A stretch of 63,156 bases of DNA, filler included, from Licmophora abbreviata (GCA_900291995.1; 10 parts of 10 records of this genome joined end to end with filler, not necessarily neighbours in it), one strand, 5' to 3'. Shown: positions 44,711-57,038, counted from the whole stretch's first letter. The notes: a model not told the origin generated them from the letters alone. Numbers and translations are program-made.

Positions 44711-44960
44711 GATGAAGATAGCAAAGAGTCTGTATCTTTTTCGGTCGGGGAAATGTGTCACTCGTGGCGACGATGAGTGTGTGTTCGGAGCGAAGACACA
44801 ACACGAGGTCTCCCATCGATCTCGAGGTTTTACGCCATCCATCAATGTAAAGGCTCGTCTATCATCAGTTTTAGTCCAATCTACGTTTATCCTTCATCTA
44901 TATTTTTGACGCCCTTGCGCACATCATCGGGCTGGAAGACGCGTTGATTCACACACCTTT

Positions 44961-45814
44961 TCACGACAGTCGTTCGAGTCTGATACGAGACTTGGAGATG
45001 ACACGAGGTTCGGCGCTGCGGGACGAAGCGGATGCTGCCAGTGGATCACCCAAGCTACCACCGACGTCATATGTGATCTCGATACCCTCTATGGTCCGGT
45101 CATTCGCTACCTTCCACTTTGCCAACACACGATGAGCTGATATGGCTGGCGGCCCTCCTCCTATCCTTTCCGTGAGGATGCGTTGAAACTCGGAGCTCGA
45201 CACTGTCTCGTCGGTCCGTTCCGTCGATCGCTTCGTTACTTTCAGATCCGTCCGTTTCCCGCCTTCGGTAGTGAGCCGCAGATCATTAGGATTGGCAATG
45301 TCCCATTCATACGACCGCACTGGGTCACCCCTGCTACCAGACGTAGTCGTCCCAGAATCAGCTCCCCTGCGTTCGAGTGCATTTAGAGCCGATGCCGTGT
45401 TGAAGCCCCTATCCGCCACGACAGAAGAATCTTCGACTGATGGCAAGAACCTTACTTCGTATGAAAGCTTGAGTGGCAACTCTGACGCCCAAAGCTCTTC
45501 CGAGGCAACGATTTCCCGTGTCGCCATCCACCTGCCCGCGAACGACAGAGGATAAAACACATCGGTCGGCCCATATCCTGGAATGTTCGCCGCAGATCGG
45601 CGAATTAATTCACCAGGATTGGTGGGCGCTGCAGCAAAAGAGGGATCTGGAACCCAAGGAGGTACAAAAAAATCCCCGAAGATCCTAGTAAGAGCCGCCG
45701 CCTTGAAGAATCTTGGGACGACGACGTAGACCTAGCGTGATGCTGCCGAGACAGAGACTCTGTCTTGCACAGCAAGACCGCAAGGAGACACGGTACGATC
45801 TTTAAGCTCATCAT
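44961..45814 (-). CDS. Probable thylakoid-lumen protein (DUF6816-like); apparent frameshift in homopolymer 45666-45672
   Basis: Signal peptide, transit region and SRRRLLL twin-arginine motif; adding one T to the minus-strand T7 run joins it to PSFA-AAPT...GYGPTDVFYP.SFAGRW...DRGFN...NPNDL. Confidence 0.65.
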
Positions 45815-46345
45815 GAATTTACAATCCCTCTCCTTTTAAAGACGCTTGAACTGCCTCATACGCACGGCGGCGCATCCACAGACAACGATGTCAGATGCAG
45901 CCATCATTGTGTGTCCGACAGATCCGCCGGTGACGATCGATTGACTTGATTCGAAACCACATCTCCGGGTGTCTTTTCAAGTTGAACGTATCTTTTGGCG
46001 CAATGTCTTGAGGAAGCGACTTGAGTTCACAGCCATAAATTGAAAAAGGTTGGACTTATGATTTGTGACGTCGATTCTTGCCGTTCAAGTTGAAGTCCGA
46101 GAGGCCAATCACATTGCGAGACGTCGCGGTTCTGAGTCACGGGGACGCTCTGAGTCACGAGCTTTTTCACGTTGGGTTTGTACCAATCTCCACGGTGATT
46201 CCCACCAGCTGGCAAAATGGCGTCGGAACTCCATTCTTTGCTTTTCTCCCTTGCCACTTCAATGAAGCCACCTGCTGAATCACAACCTCCTCTGCCAGAC
46301 ACCTTGCCTCATAGTTCGTGAGAAAAGTACGAAAACGGAGTCATC

Positions 46346-47846
46346 ATGAAGTTACCCTTGCACCTGACTCTGGCCATGGCGGCGACTCTTGCCCCCGCCA
46401 ATGCCTACATCACATCGGGCTTGCCTCGGCACAAGCAAATTGCTTGGCTCAAGAAGATGACGGTCGATATCTGCGAGTCGCCCCCGGGCGCATTGACCGA
46501 CGAGATGCTCAAGACTGCTCCCGAAATCATGTCCGCATGGGCGCATGCCACCTCCTCGGACGGTACTGAGTGCGCTCTGGCGGTCGAATCCCTTCTCAAA
46601 CGCGTCGTCGACGAACGACGGGCGGGAAACGACGACGCCATTGCCACTACGTCGGATTACAACTGCATGCTGGAGGGGTGGGCCACAAGTGGTGCCGGTC
46701 TGGCAGCTGCCGAACGATGTGAACGGATACTCATGGAAATGCAAGAAACCTACCAACGAGACGGAGATGTGTATGTTCGACCGAATCTCGATAGCTTAAG
46801 GCCGTCCTACTAGCCTGGAGGCAGCAAGCGGGCAGCGTTTCTTATGCTCCTCATCGAGCACAAAGGATACTAGAATGGATGGTGCGACTCTACCAGGACG
46901 GGTACAATTCTCTGGCCGTACCAGACTCTGAGTGCTTTGATCTGGTCATGCAGACCTGGGCTCGAAGTGGGGCCTCCGATGCCCCCATCCATACCGAGAA
47001 ACTTCTTTACACGATGGACGGCTTTACCACGCCACAGACAAAGAAGATCTCAAGCCATCTACATCCAGCTTCAATGCTGTCCTTGCAGCTTGGGCCAAAT
47101 CCAAAGACAGTATCAGCCCAACCCGGGCAGCAACTGTCTTGCAATTTATGGAACAGTCTGTCGAAATCGAGCCCGACATGGCCAGCTACTCGACCGTGGT
47201 TGGTGCTCTCGCCCGTACCATCGAGCCTGAAAATGCCAGATTGGCGGAGACATTCATGAAGCACGTCGAAGATGGCTTCCGCGCAGGTCAGGTCAACTTG
47301 GAGCCCGATACGATTCTCTACAACTGCGTGATAGGGTGTCTTTCCAAAACGACCATGGACGGCGCCTACCGACGCGCACAGTCTGTTCTGGACCGACAGA
47401 TCAAGCTTCACGACCACGGATGCGATCGATGCATGCCAGACGTGTATGGGTTCACTTCTGTCATTAGTACTTGCTCTACGGAGACCAAGGAACCAGCAAA
47501 GGCCTTCCAAGTGGCCCTCGCTGCGTTCCAGCAATTACGACACAATGGCAAATATGGGTCGCCCAACCATGTCACGTACGGTTCCATGCTCAAGTGTTGC
47601 GCTCGTCTGTTGCCATCGGCAGATCCGATGCGACGCAAGTGGGTTCGCAAGGTCTTCCAGATGGCAGTCAACGATGGCTGTGTCGGAGACATGGTACTCG
47701 GCCGTATGCGAGAAGCCGCGTCCCCAGATCTCTTCAAAGAGTTACTGAAGGGCGTCAACAAGAAATCACCACCTGCCGACTGGACACGTAACGTTCACGA
47801 GAGACGTGACAACCGCAAGAAGAACCGGCGACGAGCGGAGGTTTAG
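46346..47846 (+). CDS. Plastid-targeted PPR-like helical repeat protein; two apparent single-base deletions (~46796, ~47018)
   Basis: Signal ...APANA-YIT; repeats YNCMLEGWA, FDLVMQTWA, FNAVLAAWA, PDMASYSTVVGALA, PDTILYNCVIGCLS, PDVYGFTSVIS and PNHVTYGSMLK spread over three frames. Confidence 0.8.
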
Positions 47847-48135
47847 ACAGCGTGGACCTGTTTGAACACTGAGCACATGATACCATAGAGTTTTTCATGT
47901 TTGTAAGAAATACAATGATAGAACAATAACCAACTACTAGCTATGGATGCTTGAAAGTCTGAGGTCGCTATCTACGACGTTACGGGTGCGCGATTGGTGT
48001 GAATGGAGGATCCAACTGCGGTGAACACATATTTTGCTACGCCTTTCGCGAGAAGCCGCTCTAAGCGTTGATGATGACAGACATCTATTGCAGCCAACAT
48101 CAAAATTCAACCTTCATCAGCGCACCGACCAAGAG

Positions 48136-48149
48136 TTTGGCGGGAAAAA
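48136..48149. promoter_or_regulatory. Canonical E2F-type site TTTGGCGGGAAAAA
   Basis: Matches the E2F consensus on both strands, about 150 nt upstream of the lipase ATG and followed by TATATATAAAAA. Confidence 0.4.
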
Positions 48150-48293
48150 TGCATATATATAAAAATGTAAACAGCGTTGTGGATATTTGATGCACTTTCC
48201 AAATTTTGGCGATGTGCGATTGTCGTACAAAACTCGCCACAAAGTCAATCTGAAACGGAGCAGAAGAAGAACATTGTGTGCTTATTGTTGACC

Positions 48294-49679
48294 ATGAAGT
48301 CGTTCGTTCTAAAAGGCGCTTCGCCTAAGTTGGTCGAAGCCAAACAAGTGGAGCCGAAGGGCCGGAGATATGACAAGGAATTCGCCGAAAAGCCAGGAGG
48401 AATCCGTATCAACGAAGTTATGCTTGGAATGAAGTTGGCATGTTTGGCAATCACAGACGATGAAGAAGGAACGCTCGAAAAGATGGGAAAGCTTATGCCG
48501 TGGCATATTGAAGCCCTTACTGTAATAACAGGGTCAGAGGAGGAAGCTCATAAGCCATTGAGCACCCTTCTACAAACCCACTTTGACCTGAAAACGGACA
48601 AGCTCATCGACGTATCTGGCTGGGCGGGGCGATTTCCGCTGGATACTCAAGGGTTCATCGCTCACAATGACGAAATCATCGTCTTGTCATACCGCTGCAC
48701 GACTTCAGCGAAGGATTGGATGACTAATTTTACGACGACAAGCTCCGAGTGGGAACCCGATATCGATATTGCGCAGGGACACTCTGGCCATTGGTCCTGC
48801 GCATCCGGCCTGTGCTGCGGCGAAGGAGAATACAAGCCCCGTGTTCATACCGGCTTCTACAATAACTTTCTCGCGACAGCACCACTGATTCAAGAGTACA
48901 TTGATCCCCTCTTGGCCCCAGGCCAACCACCTCGAACGCTTTACGTCGTTGGCCACAGCCTCGGCGCTGGTATCGCCACATTGGCTGCGTGCTACTTCCT
49001 GTTGGAGTACGACTGGTCGACTCTCCCACAGAAAATTGTGTGCGTAACTGCTGGTAGCCCTCGCGCTGTGATGGGCTCGATGCGAGACATCGTTCAGGAG
49101 AGAATGGCAGTGTTGCGTCGCTTGGACAAGGCAGTGATTTGTCGCGTTGTGCGGGACAAGGATATCGTTCCGAGAATGCCTCCGGCGGCCTTTGGATTCG
49201 TCCATCTGGATAAGCTTGTATACGTTACAAAGCGGGGTGAAGTGTTGGTTAACCCGATTCTCGATAATGATCATATTGTGACGACGAAGGAAATGAAGAA
49301 GCTTGGGTTGGACACGAAGATCAAAGAGACCGGCGATGAGGAGACTGAAGATGAGTCAGACGGACTCGCTGACTCAGACGACGAAAGCAAGACGGAGGAA
49401 GAGAAGAAAGAAGTAACGCGAGATCAGTCAGACTATGAAAGGAGGGTAAAAAGGATACCGCGTGCCTTGCGCGATCACATGCCAGACTTCTACTTGAAAC
49501 CGTTGATTGATCTGTTCGACGCTGAACGGGATCGTACTGAGCAAGAGAACGTTCTGGAAGCTACAATATCCAATAGAAGAAACAAGACAATAAGGAAGGA
49601 GAACATCAAAAAGAAAAAGAAGCTTCTTTGGTTTGGACCGGGAAGGAAGAAGAAGCGAGGGGGCACCACTGCTCGATGA
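48294..49679 (+). CDS. Class 3 lipase (alpha/beta hydrolase)
   Basis: IVLSYRCT, DWMTN, VHTGF, VVGHSLGAGIA (GxSxG), TAGSPR, DIVPRMP and DHM; acidic insert and basic tail. Confidence 0.9.
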   Translation: MKSFVLKGASPKLVEAKQVEPKGRRYDKEFAEKPGGIRINEVMLGMKLACLAITDDEEGTLEKMGKLMPWHIEALTVITGSEEEAHKPLSTLLQTHFDLKTDKLIDVSGWAGRFPLDTQGFIAHNDEIIVLSYRCTTSAKDWMTNFTTTSSEWEPDIDIAQGHSGHWSCASGLCCGEGEYKPRVHTGFYNNFLATAPLIQEYIDPLLAPGQPPRTLYVVGHSLGAGIATLAACYFLLEYDWSTLPQKIVCVTAGSPRAVMGSMRDIVQERMAVLRRLDKAVICRVVRDKDIVPRMPPAAFGFVHLDKLVYVTKRGEVLVNPILDNDHIVTTKEMKKLGLDTKIKETGDEETEDESDGLADSDDESKTEEEKKEVTRDQSDYERRVKRIPRALRDHMPDFYLKPLIDLFDAERDRTEQENVLEATISNRRNKTIRKENIKKKKKLLWFGPGRKKKRGGTTAR

Positions 49680-50026
49680 GAAGACGATGAGAAGACGATT
49701 TGGAGATTTTCCTTGAGTTTGCTTGCAAGCGACCCCCTATCCGACATTGTCACCGTTCTAGAATTCGTTATGTGTCACCAGCATGAATGTATCTGCTAGG
49801 GTATGGAATGGCAATAGGACTGGTCGATCGCGTCAAAGATGAGATTCGAGCGGCGCGCCAAAAAATGGCGAGTGTTTGAATCCCGTGACGCGCGCGCAGC
49901 GATGCATGACGTGTGAGAAAATCTTTGATGTCGTACCAATGACAACTCCAAAACCTTCTCTTCTCTCTTCGTTGGCGGTATCTATCGCCCCGTGGTGTGG
50001 TCTAGAACGGAAAGAAAGAACCAAGA

Positions 50027-51142
50027 ATGGTGTTGACAGGAGACGAAAGCAAGAAGCGCCGCCGTCGCGATGATGCGGAGAATGTCGATGTCCAGCGTCA
50101 GCTCCGCCATCATGATCATGAGCCCTCATCCAAGAAGGCCCGTTCTACGGCGGTCGCGCAACTGATCGCCCCCGTGGCCGCCCACGCACCGAAGGACGTC
50201 AGACCTCCTCTCTCGGATCGTAGCGGGCCTCGCATGCCTAGTCGCAGTGATGGTGCATCTCATTGCGACACGAAGCTGCGCGGTGGCGACATCAGCTCCC
50301 ATGATCGCCGTCACCATCATCGTCATGATCGAGGCGACGAGAGACGCCCGACATCCGATTCCGAGTTGCTCCGTTGCCTCATCGACCGTGTGGACAAGCT
50401 TACAAAGACAGTCAAGCAAACCGCCTCTTGTCAGGATCGTCTAGAAGACATGATATGGAACGAGGGGCATGATAGCCGCAAGGACACGCGAATGCGTCTT
50501 CGCCGGCTCGAGGATCTAGTCAAAGATACGGCAAGCCGGCCGGACGCCTCGCTTGAGAAGCACACTATAATGATCCTCAAAGCAATGAAATCCATCCAGA
50601 CGAACGTGTCAGACTCTCTCAAAAGCCACTCTGAACAGGTCACCAAGGGCATCACTACCGTTCTGAACACTGCCGAGATGAACATGAACATTTCCAATGA
50701 GAACATGGCGCGGCGCGGCAAGCAAGCGGATGAGAAACTGGAGCAGCTTGTCCGTTCTACTGCTGCTGACACAGACGAGACCGTCATCTCTGCCTCCAAC
50801 AATGCTGTGCAACAGCTCACAAGATTCGTCCAAGGAGGCGTGAAGACCATTATCGATGACATGAACAAAATGCTTGACATGCACAGAGGTATCATCAAGG
50901 CGAGTCTCGCAGGGACGGATAACGGCGGTTCCTTCGCCAGCCTTCAGCAGACTATGAACGATCTGAAACCATGCGTGTCCGGGATTCAGACTACCGTCAA
51001 TGAGGATCTGGTCATGCTTGGAGGAGAGCTTGGGAGTTTGAAGATCGCCATGAATGACATGAAAGCGATTATCGAGAATCGTCATGGTCGCAATGACGAC
51101 GGGATGAAGGGAAACAAGCAGGCGCGGGATGCTTTCCTTTGA
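50027..51142 (+). CDS. Hypothetical protein with basic NLS-like N-terminus and long helical/coiled-coil region
   Basis: 371-aa ORF from ATG; KKRRRR; heptad-like helical composition. Confidence 0.6.
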   Translation: MVLTGDESKKRRRRDDAENVDVQRQLRHHDHEPSSKKARSTAVAQLIAPVAAHAPKDVRPPLSDRSGPRMPSRSDGASHCDTKLRGGDISSHDRRHHHRHDRGDERRPTSDSELLRCLIDRVDKLTKTVKQTASCQDRLEDMIWNEGHDSRKDTRMRLRRLEDLVKDTASRPDASLEKHTIMILKAMKSIQTNVSDSLKSHSEQVTKGITTVLNTAEMNMNISNENMARRGKQADEKLEQLVRSTAADTDETVISASNNAVQQLTRFVQGGVKTIIDDMNKMLDMHRGIIKASLAGTDNGGSFASLQQTMNDLKPCVSGIQTTVNEDLVMLGGELGSLKIAMNDMKAIIENRHGRNDDGMKGNKQARDAFL

Positions 51143-51295
51143 AAGGGAATGTTGTGTAAACAGGCTCGCTTGTTACATATAGAAGGGGGAGGCATTGCGA
51201 CGAAACGGATGATGGGAGCTCATACGGATCGATTACATACTAGTACTAAATAGCTGATCACGTTTTGTTGTAGCTTCGCTCCTTTACTATCTCGC

Positions 51296-54270
51296 CTACT
51301 CCCATGGACCTTCTAGCCGAATTTTTACATCGATTGGGGGCTTCTCCTTGCAGTGGCAGGAGACACGAAGCTTGGTAAAAACCTTCACCTCAATCTCGTT
51401 CCATTTCTCTTCTGAGTTCAAGTCGGAGCTCTGTACCTTGCGAGTCAAGAGTATTCTCCTCTCGTCGTGGAGATTGAACGCTTTGAACGTCAGGGAGTCT
51501 TTGTGCTCGTCAAGAAACAACATGAGCGACGTACCAAGAGACGGGACGAAGAGGGTGAAGGTTTTCTCGCCGACTGAGAGACAGACACCCAGCTCAGACG
51601 TCAACGGCTGTTTTCGAAGGTATAGCGCCAAGAACACTCGGTCGCTTCTTTCTTGGGCTTTCTTTGCTCCCATTCGCTTCTCGTTGCAGTGTGTTGCAAC
51701 GCTCTGTATGTCTTGCATTTCCATTGAAAACCCCTTGACTGCCTCGGTGCCGTCAATCGTTGCCTGCAAGAGGCGATGCACGATGACATCCGCGTAGCGC
51801 CGAATTGGTGATGTAAAGTGCGTGTAGTACGGAATGTTCAGAGCAAAATGTCGCCATTCCTCCTCGCCTATTGCTCCTGCCGCGACGTACTCTGCTGGTT
51901 TCATTGGATTAGTGAGCATTTCAGTGACGCATTGCAGCACAAGGTCATCGTTGCACGAGCGCCCGAGACGGCTCAAGGACGTTTGGAGCGTCTGCGATGA
52001 AGTTGCGTCAATATCAAAACCCATGCCTTCCTTCGCAACTTTCACGACACTCTCGATGCCCTGCATCAGAGGCGGTGGGTGGTGACGAATGAGAGCGAGA
52101 AACCCGGCATGAGATATCAAGCGCTGGGCGACATGGTAGTTGGCAAGTAGCATGTACTCTTCCACAAGACGGTTCGAATCGCGTATGGGATAAGGAGCGC
52201 ATAGCATCGGGGTCTCGCCATCACTCTCCAGCTGAAATACAAGCTTAATGCCATTGAGCGCGATGGCGCCGTTCTGGAAGCGTAGACGGCGCCTTGCCTT
52301 TGCGACAACATGCATGAGTCTCACATCTGCTGCCACATCGTGGATCGTGTGGCCTCCTGTCGGTCGCCGGCTTTTCGGCCACAGTTCTTCCGTCATGTTC
52401 TGCACGTCCTCCCCGGTGGCGACTTTATTTTCGATAATGTTCTGTGCTGTCGCGTAGTCAAGTCTGGCACATGACTTGATTACGCTCCTCCCATACCATA
52501 CATCCTCCCCTTTCGAGCCGTCTCGTTTTGTCATTGTCCCATCCATGTTCATCCTCCAGACGCATGAGAACGCCAATCGTTCAACGTTTTCGTTGAGACT
52601 ACACGCGACTTCGCAGAGCGGTCGTGGAAGCATGGGGACGGTTCTATCTACCAGATAAACTGTCGTAGCTCGATGCTGCGCTTCCTTGTCTACGGATGTT
52701 CCTGGTTTCACAAAGTGAGATACATCTGCGATGTGAACGCCAACTTCAACACGACCATCGGGTAGCTTTTTGATGTGTAGAGCATCGTCAAGATCCTTGG
52801 CAGTAGTAGGATCGATCGTGAATATACGCTCCTGTCGGTAGTCGCGACGACCCTGATAAAGGTCGGGTGTCGGCCGCCATCCCATGTCTTGCGTAGATTC
52901 AGTTGGGGACTGAATGGACAAGCCTGATTTGACGGCCTCGTCGACATCATGGAGAACAGACGCCGGGAAGTCCCCATGGTTTACGTCATTTTCTATGAGA
53001 AGCGCAAGCGTTTCGTCCTTCACGTTGCAGGATGTACCCATTCGTGTAACATTCACGCAAGAAGGCCATCGATGAGATTCTAGCCAAGTCCCGTATTCGT
53101 ACTCCGCTCTGTACAATGCTCCACTATTCCCCTCGTCCTCTGGCTCCTTGAATCTACTTGGACATAGAAACTGAGGAAGAGATTTGTTGTTTGGAGTCAA
53201 CAGAAAAAGATCGCCCTTTCCACGGGTCATGCGGTTCATAGAACCAACAATTGTCCGCCTCGGAGCACGCTGCCGGTATCGCTCATCCGACGGATTCAAT
53301 TCCGAAGGCTGCGTACCGGCGGTCTCTTTGGGAGGGATCACCCGCACGACCTTCCCTTTGCGCTGACGCTCCTCAGGGACGCTCTTCGCATTGCCATCTG
53401 GCACTTTTCGAACAACGATAGTAGGATTCCATAGCGCTTGTTGTATTGGGTCGTCCTGCCACGTAGGATGGGGCCTTTCGTCGTCATCATTCTCCAGTGC
53501 GTCATCAATCGGGAGACCGTCTAGTTTCTTAGATAAGTCCTCCATCGGCGCTTCATCATCTGGGTACAGTTCTACAAACACGTTGTCACCGTCAAGTGCC
53601 CGGTTCTGTTCCACAGACGTTTCAATGAGCACATCTCTTCCGTGATGGCCGCGATCGCACGACACAAAGGCCTTGGCATGCTTCGACGGAAGCATACGAA
53701 TCTTTCCCCTGACAATAGAAGAGTCCCTAGCAGCGTAGAGAGCCATACAGTCATCAAGACTCCAGAATGAAGGAAATGGCACATGTTCATTTTTCTGTCG
53801 TCTCGACTTCTTGTCCGATTCGATAATATTGCCGGAATTACGGTCCTTTGAATCTCGTCTTTCTGCTTTCCCCCCTCCCTTCTTCCCCGTATCATTCTGA
53901 TCGAGAGACGCCCCTTTTCGTTGACCTCGCCGACCTCGACTGCTTCGTTGATCTTCCTTACTTGTGGCGCCCGAACCTCTCTGTGCACTCTTCTGTTTTG
54001 AAGAAGATTCCTGCCGTGCTGTTCCAAGTCCTCCAGACTTTCCATGGAGAGGAACCTGCTTCGACCTGCCGGCTGCTGCATTGGGCGCATCTCCACCAGC
54101 CTTCCGATCTCCAATAGACCCACTTCTTTTACGCCCCCCTTTAGCCGCTTTTCGGGGTACACGTCGAACTTGTCTCCTGCACCAGCATCACGACCACTCT
54201 CGGGTTGCGACGCTTGTTGCTGCATGGGATTTTGACGGGCGCCACCAATGAGTCGATCCAAATCGTCCAT
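51296..54270 (-). CDS. DIS3L2: DIS3-like exoribonuclease 2 (RNB family); apparent single-base deletion near 54130-54175
   Basis: NRALDGDNV, IFTIDPTTAKDLDDAL, GVHIADVS, TTVYL, LVEEYMLLAN and YYTHFTSPIRRYAD; no PIN domain; the N-terminal ATG (54270, MDDLDRL) is one base out of frame with the main ORF. Confidence 0.88.
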
Positions 54271-54685
54271 TGTAAAAATACTATCTTTTCGCACCCAAAT
54301 ACCTCAACAAGCAGTGACACTGTCAGACACAATTGGCGCCTCTGAATTCTTCCAAGGTGCAGTCAACGCAGCTCCGTCTCAAACCTCCTGTGATTTGTGC
54401 TTTGATGATGCGGCCGCGTCTTCATTCCCATCGCTGGAATCAGTCACATTGTCACGTCCCACACTCTTGGTATTTTTCACATCTCACATCATCAGAGAAA
54501 ACAAAAAGTTCACAGAGCACGGAGCTCGTTAAAAGGAGAACATGCCTCTTTTCTTCCATTTGAGAGATTCCTTCAGTATCAGATTCCCCTCTTCACAGCC
54601 ACGAGAATGTTTCGCAGATTGAGAGACAAGGACACAACAAGTTGAAAGAGGGTCGACCGGTCTCACTTCTCACCAACGATATACC

Positions 54686-55759
54686 ATGGCACCCACATCA
54701 CAGCAGTCCAAAACGGCCAAGGCCAAGATCCTCTCAGGGGGAAAGACTCCAAAGGCTCGCGTACAGCGCTATTTGAAAAAGACGGAATCTCAGCTCGTCG
54801 AAGGGGCGAAATCGACACTCTTGCTCAAGGGCATTCGATGCAGCCAACCCATGGCGACCGTCTTGAAAGACTTGCGTGCGGTCATGGCACCTCATTCGAA
54901 ACTCTTGACCAAGAAGAACAACATTGTGGCGTTTGATATGGAAGGACAGCATTCGTTGGAGTTTCTGAGTACCAAGAACGACTGTGCGCTGTTTGCCATG
55001 GCGTCTCACAACAAAAAGAGACCGAACAATCTCACACTGGGACGCACTTTTGACCGACAAATCCTGGATCAAATGGAGCTCGGGATTCTCAGATACAAGA
55101 GTTTACAAGACTTTGGAGGATCTGTTCCGAAGAAGCGCGTCGGATCCAAGCCGATGCTGTTGTTTGTCGGTGATTTGTGGCAACACGATGCCACCTGCGG
55201 CAAGCTTCAGAACTTTCTCATTGACTTTTACCGCGGCGATCCCGTAGACAAGCTGGTGGCATCGGGCCTCGACCACTTGATTGTGTTTACCAGCGCCGAA
55301 GGCCCGAACCAAAAACATCTCTTCCACCAACGAACCTACTTTTGCAAGCTCAAGAAGAATCCGAATGGATCGAAAGCACCTCTTCCATATCTGACTCCGT
55401 GTGGCCCCGACATGGACTTTGAAGTCAGACGGGCACAGTTTGCCGAATCGGATTTGTGGAAGGCGTCTCTGAAGCAGCCTGCTGCTGCCAAGCCCAAAAA
55501 GGTCAAGAACCAGTCCACCAACTTGTTTGGCGAGACGATTGGTCGGCTGCACCTTGACAAGCAAAATATTGAAAAGATGCAGGGTCGCAAATCCAAGGCG
55601 CTACGAAAGGCGGACAAACTGGAAAAGGAAGAAGAGAGCGCAGCATTGGAGACTGAACTGCAGCGCGAAAAGGATGAAATGGGGATGGAGTTTAAGCAAG
55701 CCTATGGCTTTGGCGAAGAAGAAACAGAACGAAGGAACCGATTTGAAAAGAAAGAGTAA
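54686..55759 (+). CDS. RPF2: Ribosome production factor 2 (Brix domain)
   Basis: SLEFLS.KNDCALF...SHNKKRPNNL.LGR.FD.QILD.MELG, GSKPMLLF, GPDMDF.VRR and GETIGRLH...Q. Confidence 0.93.
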   Translation: MAPTSQQSKTAKAKILSGGKTPKARVQRYLKKTESQLVEGAKSTLLLKGIRCSQPMATVLKDLRAVMAPHSKLLTKKNNIVAFDMEGQHSLEFLSTKNDCALFAMASHNKKRPNNLTLGRTFDRQILDQMELGILRYKSLQDFGGSVPKKRVGSKPMLLFVGDLWQHDATCGKLQNFLIDFYRGDPVDKLVASGLDHLIVFTSAEGPNQKHLFHQRTYFCKLKKNPNGSKAPLPYLTPCGPDMDFEVRRAQFAESDLWKASLKQPAAAKPKKVKNQSTNLFGETIGRLHLDKQNIEKMQGRKSKALRKADKLEKEEESAALETELQREKDEMGMEFKQAYGFGEEETERRNRFEKKE

Positions 55760-55956
55760 TAATCGCAAAGGAGATGTGTTATTTACTAATTTTCATTTTC
55801 GTTGTATATCTCTTGTGCTAAATTTTTGAATCGCCTACACACTGTCTCCGCAATAGCTCGATCTCTTTTTGAGCCTGAGGAGACTGGAACTCATCACACA
55901 AGTGGCGACGTGATGTGCTGGATTGCGCCAACGACGTACGTATTATGCTACGCTTC

Positions 55957-57038
55957 TCACACAGCAAGAGGAGCGCCCACAGGATGTCCGGTGGACGTGC
56001 AGCACGACGCAGGGTACGTCTCGTAATCGCCCGTATGACGAGCCACCTGGGCAACAGTACAGCACGAACACCAAAAGGAACAGCACAAGTCTTCACAGCC
56101 AGCACAGCGCTCTTCTGCGATGGAATAGCGGGCACGAACGCTCTCACGGGTCCTGCAAAGAGNNNNNNNNNNNNNNNNNNNNNNNNNNNNNNNNNNNNNN
56201 NNNNNNTTAATTAATTAANNNNNNNNNNNNNNNNNNNNNNNNNNNNNNNNNNNNNNNNNNNNCTCTCACGGGTCCTGCAAAGAGAATATAAAGCCCAGAG
56301 GGAAAAGAGAACGGAACCGACCATCTTGAGTAAAGGAAGCCAAGCGGGCATGTTGGTGCCATCGTAGGGTTCCGAAGCGAGCTCTAGGGCGATCGAGTAA
56401 ATGAAGTAACAAATCACGAGAACCAACACAACTTTGAAGGTGTTCTTGGTCGAAACGATGGCACCAGGTTCTCCCAGCCACGTGAGCTGCATTCTCATCA
56501 TAATTTGGGCCATGAGAACTGCACAAAGAACATAGTACCGCACGGTAAGTTTGGGCGAGCACGACAGATCATCTGGTGACACAAGCATGACATCTATCCC
56601 AGAAGTACGTACTCTGAGGACAACATATGGCACACCACAGGTGAGGATGGCAAAATCCATAGTTGCAGCATCCGAAAAGTCCGTCTTTCCAGGCTCCCGT
56701 CGGGGCATTCAACCTGGGATCAGTAACGCTCTCCGGCACCGGTGCAAGAAAGACCTGCCCCTCTGTCACGCCGCCGTCTGGCTGCAGACGCGAAAAGAGG
56801 AGAGCAAAGATGCCCAGAATGAGTCACACTGAAACGACTGGAATGGTTGAGACCACCATTTTACTCTACGTACCACTTCGACGGTAAAGCTGCGTCCAGG
56901 ATCGCCATTAATGTCCGCCTCGAACGTGTATCCGGCCGGTAGCGTCGCTGGGGCCGTAACGTGGACCATCAAAGGAGGAGCACTGGCCTCCGGATACAGC
57001 GGCTCGGCTTTTTCGGCAGAGATCTCGGCGGGGGGCAT
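55957..57038 (-). CDS. PLAC8-family Cys-rich membrane protein with N-terminal V.AP..LP.GY.F module; introns 56782-56873 and 56519-56612; continuous across the overlap gap
   Basis: GAWKDGLFGCC...CC PQILMAQ...; merging the 22-nt overlap gives CRTRESVRARYSI.EE.C.GCEDLCCSFWCSCCTVAQVARHT; stop at 55957-55959. Confidence 0.88.
56163..56262. other. Assembly gap linker between overlapping contig ends
   Basis: CTCTCACGGGTCCTGCAAAGAG is present on both sides (56141-56162 and 56263-56284). Confidence 0.95.

Noticed and set aside
45666..45672. Frameshift between presequence and mature lumen protein
   Set aside because: Falls in a 7-nt homopolymer; one added base restores the gene, so a sequencing error is the simplest explanation
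46346..47846. PPR-like gene split over three frames: pseudogene or programmed frameshifting
   Set aside because: Each break is fixed by adding one base to a short run (AGCTT[T]AAG at ~46796, ATGGA[A]CGG at ~47018) with no other decay; typical homopolymer under-calls, though reads are needed to be sure
54130..54175. Possible -1 slippery site (AAAGGGGGG) near the DIS3L2 N-terminus
   Set aside because: Same single-base-deletion pattern as elsewhere in this assembly; no stimulatory structure seen
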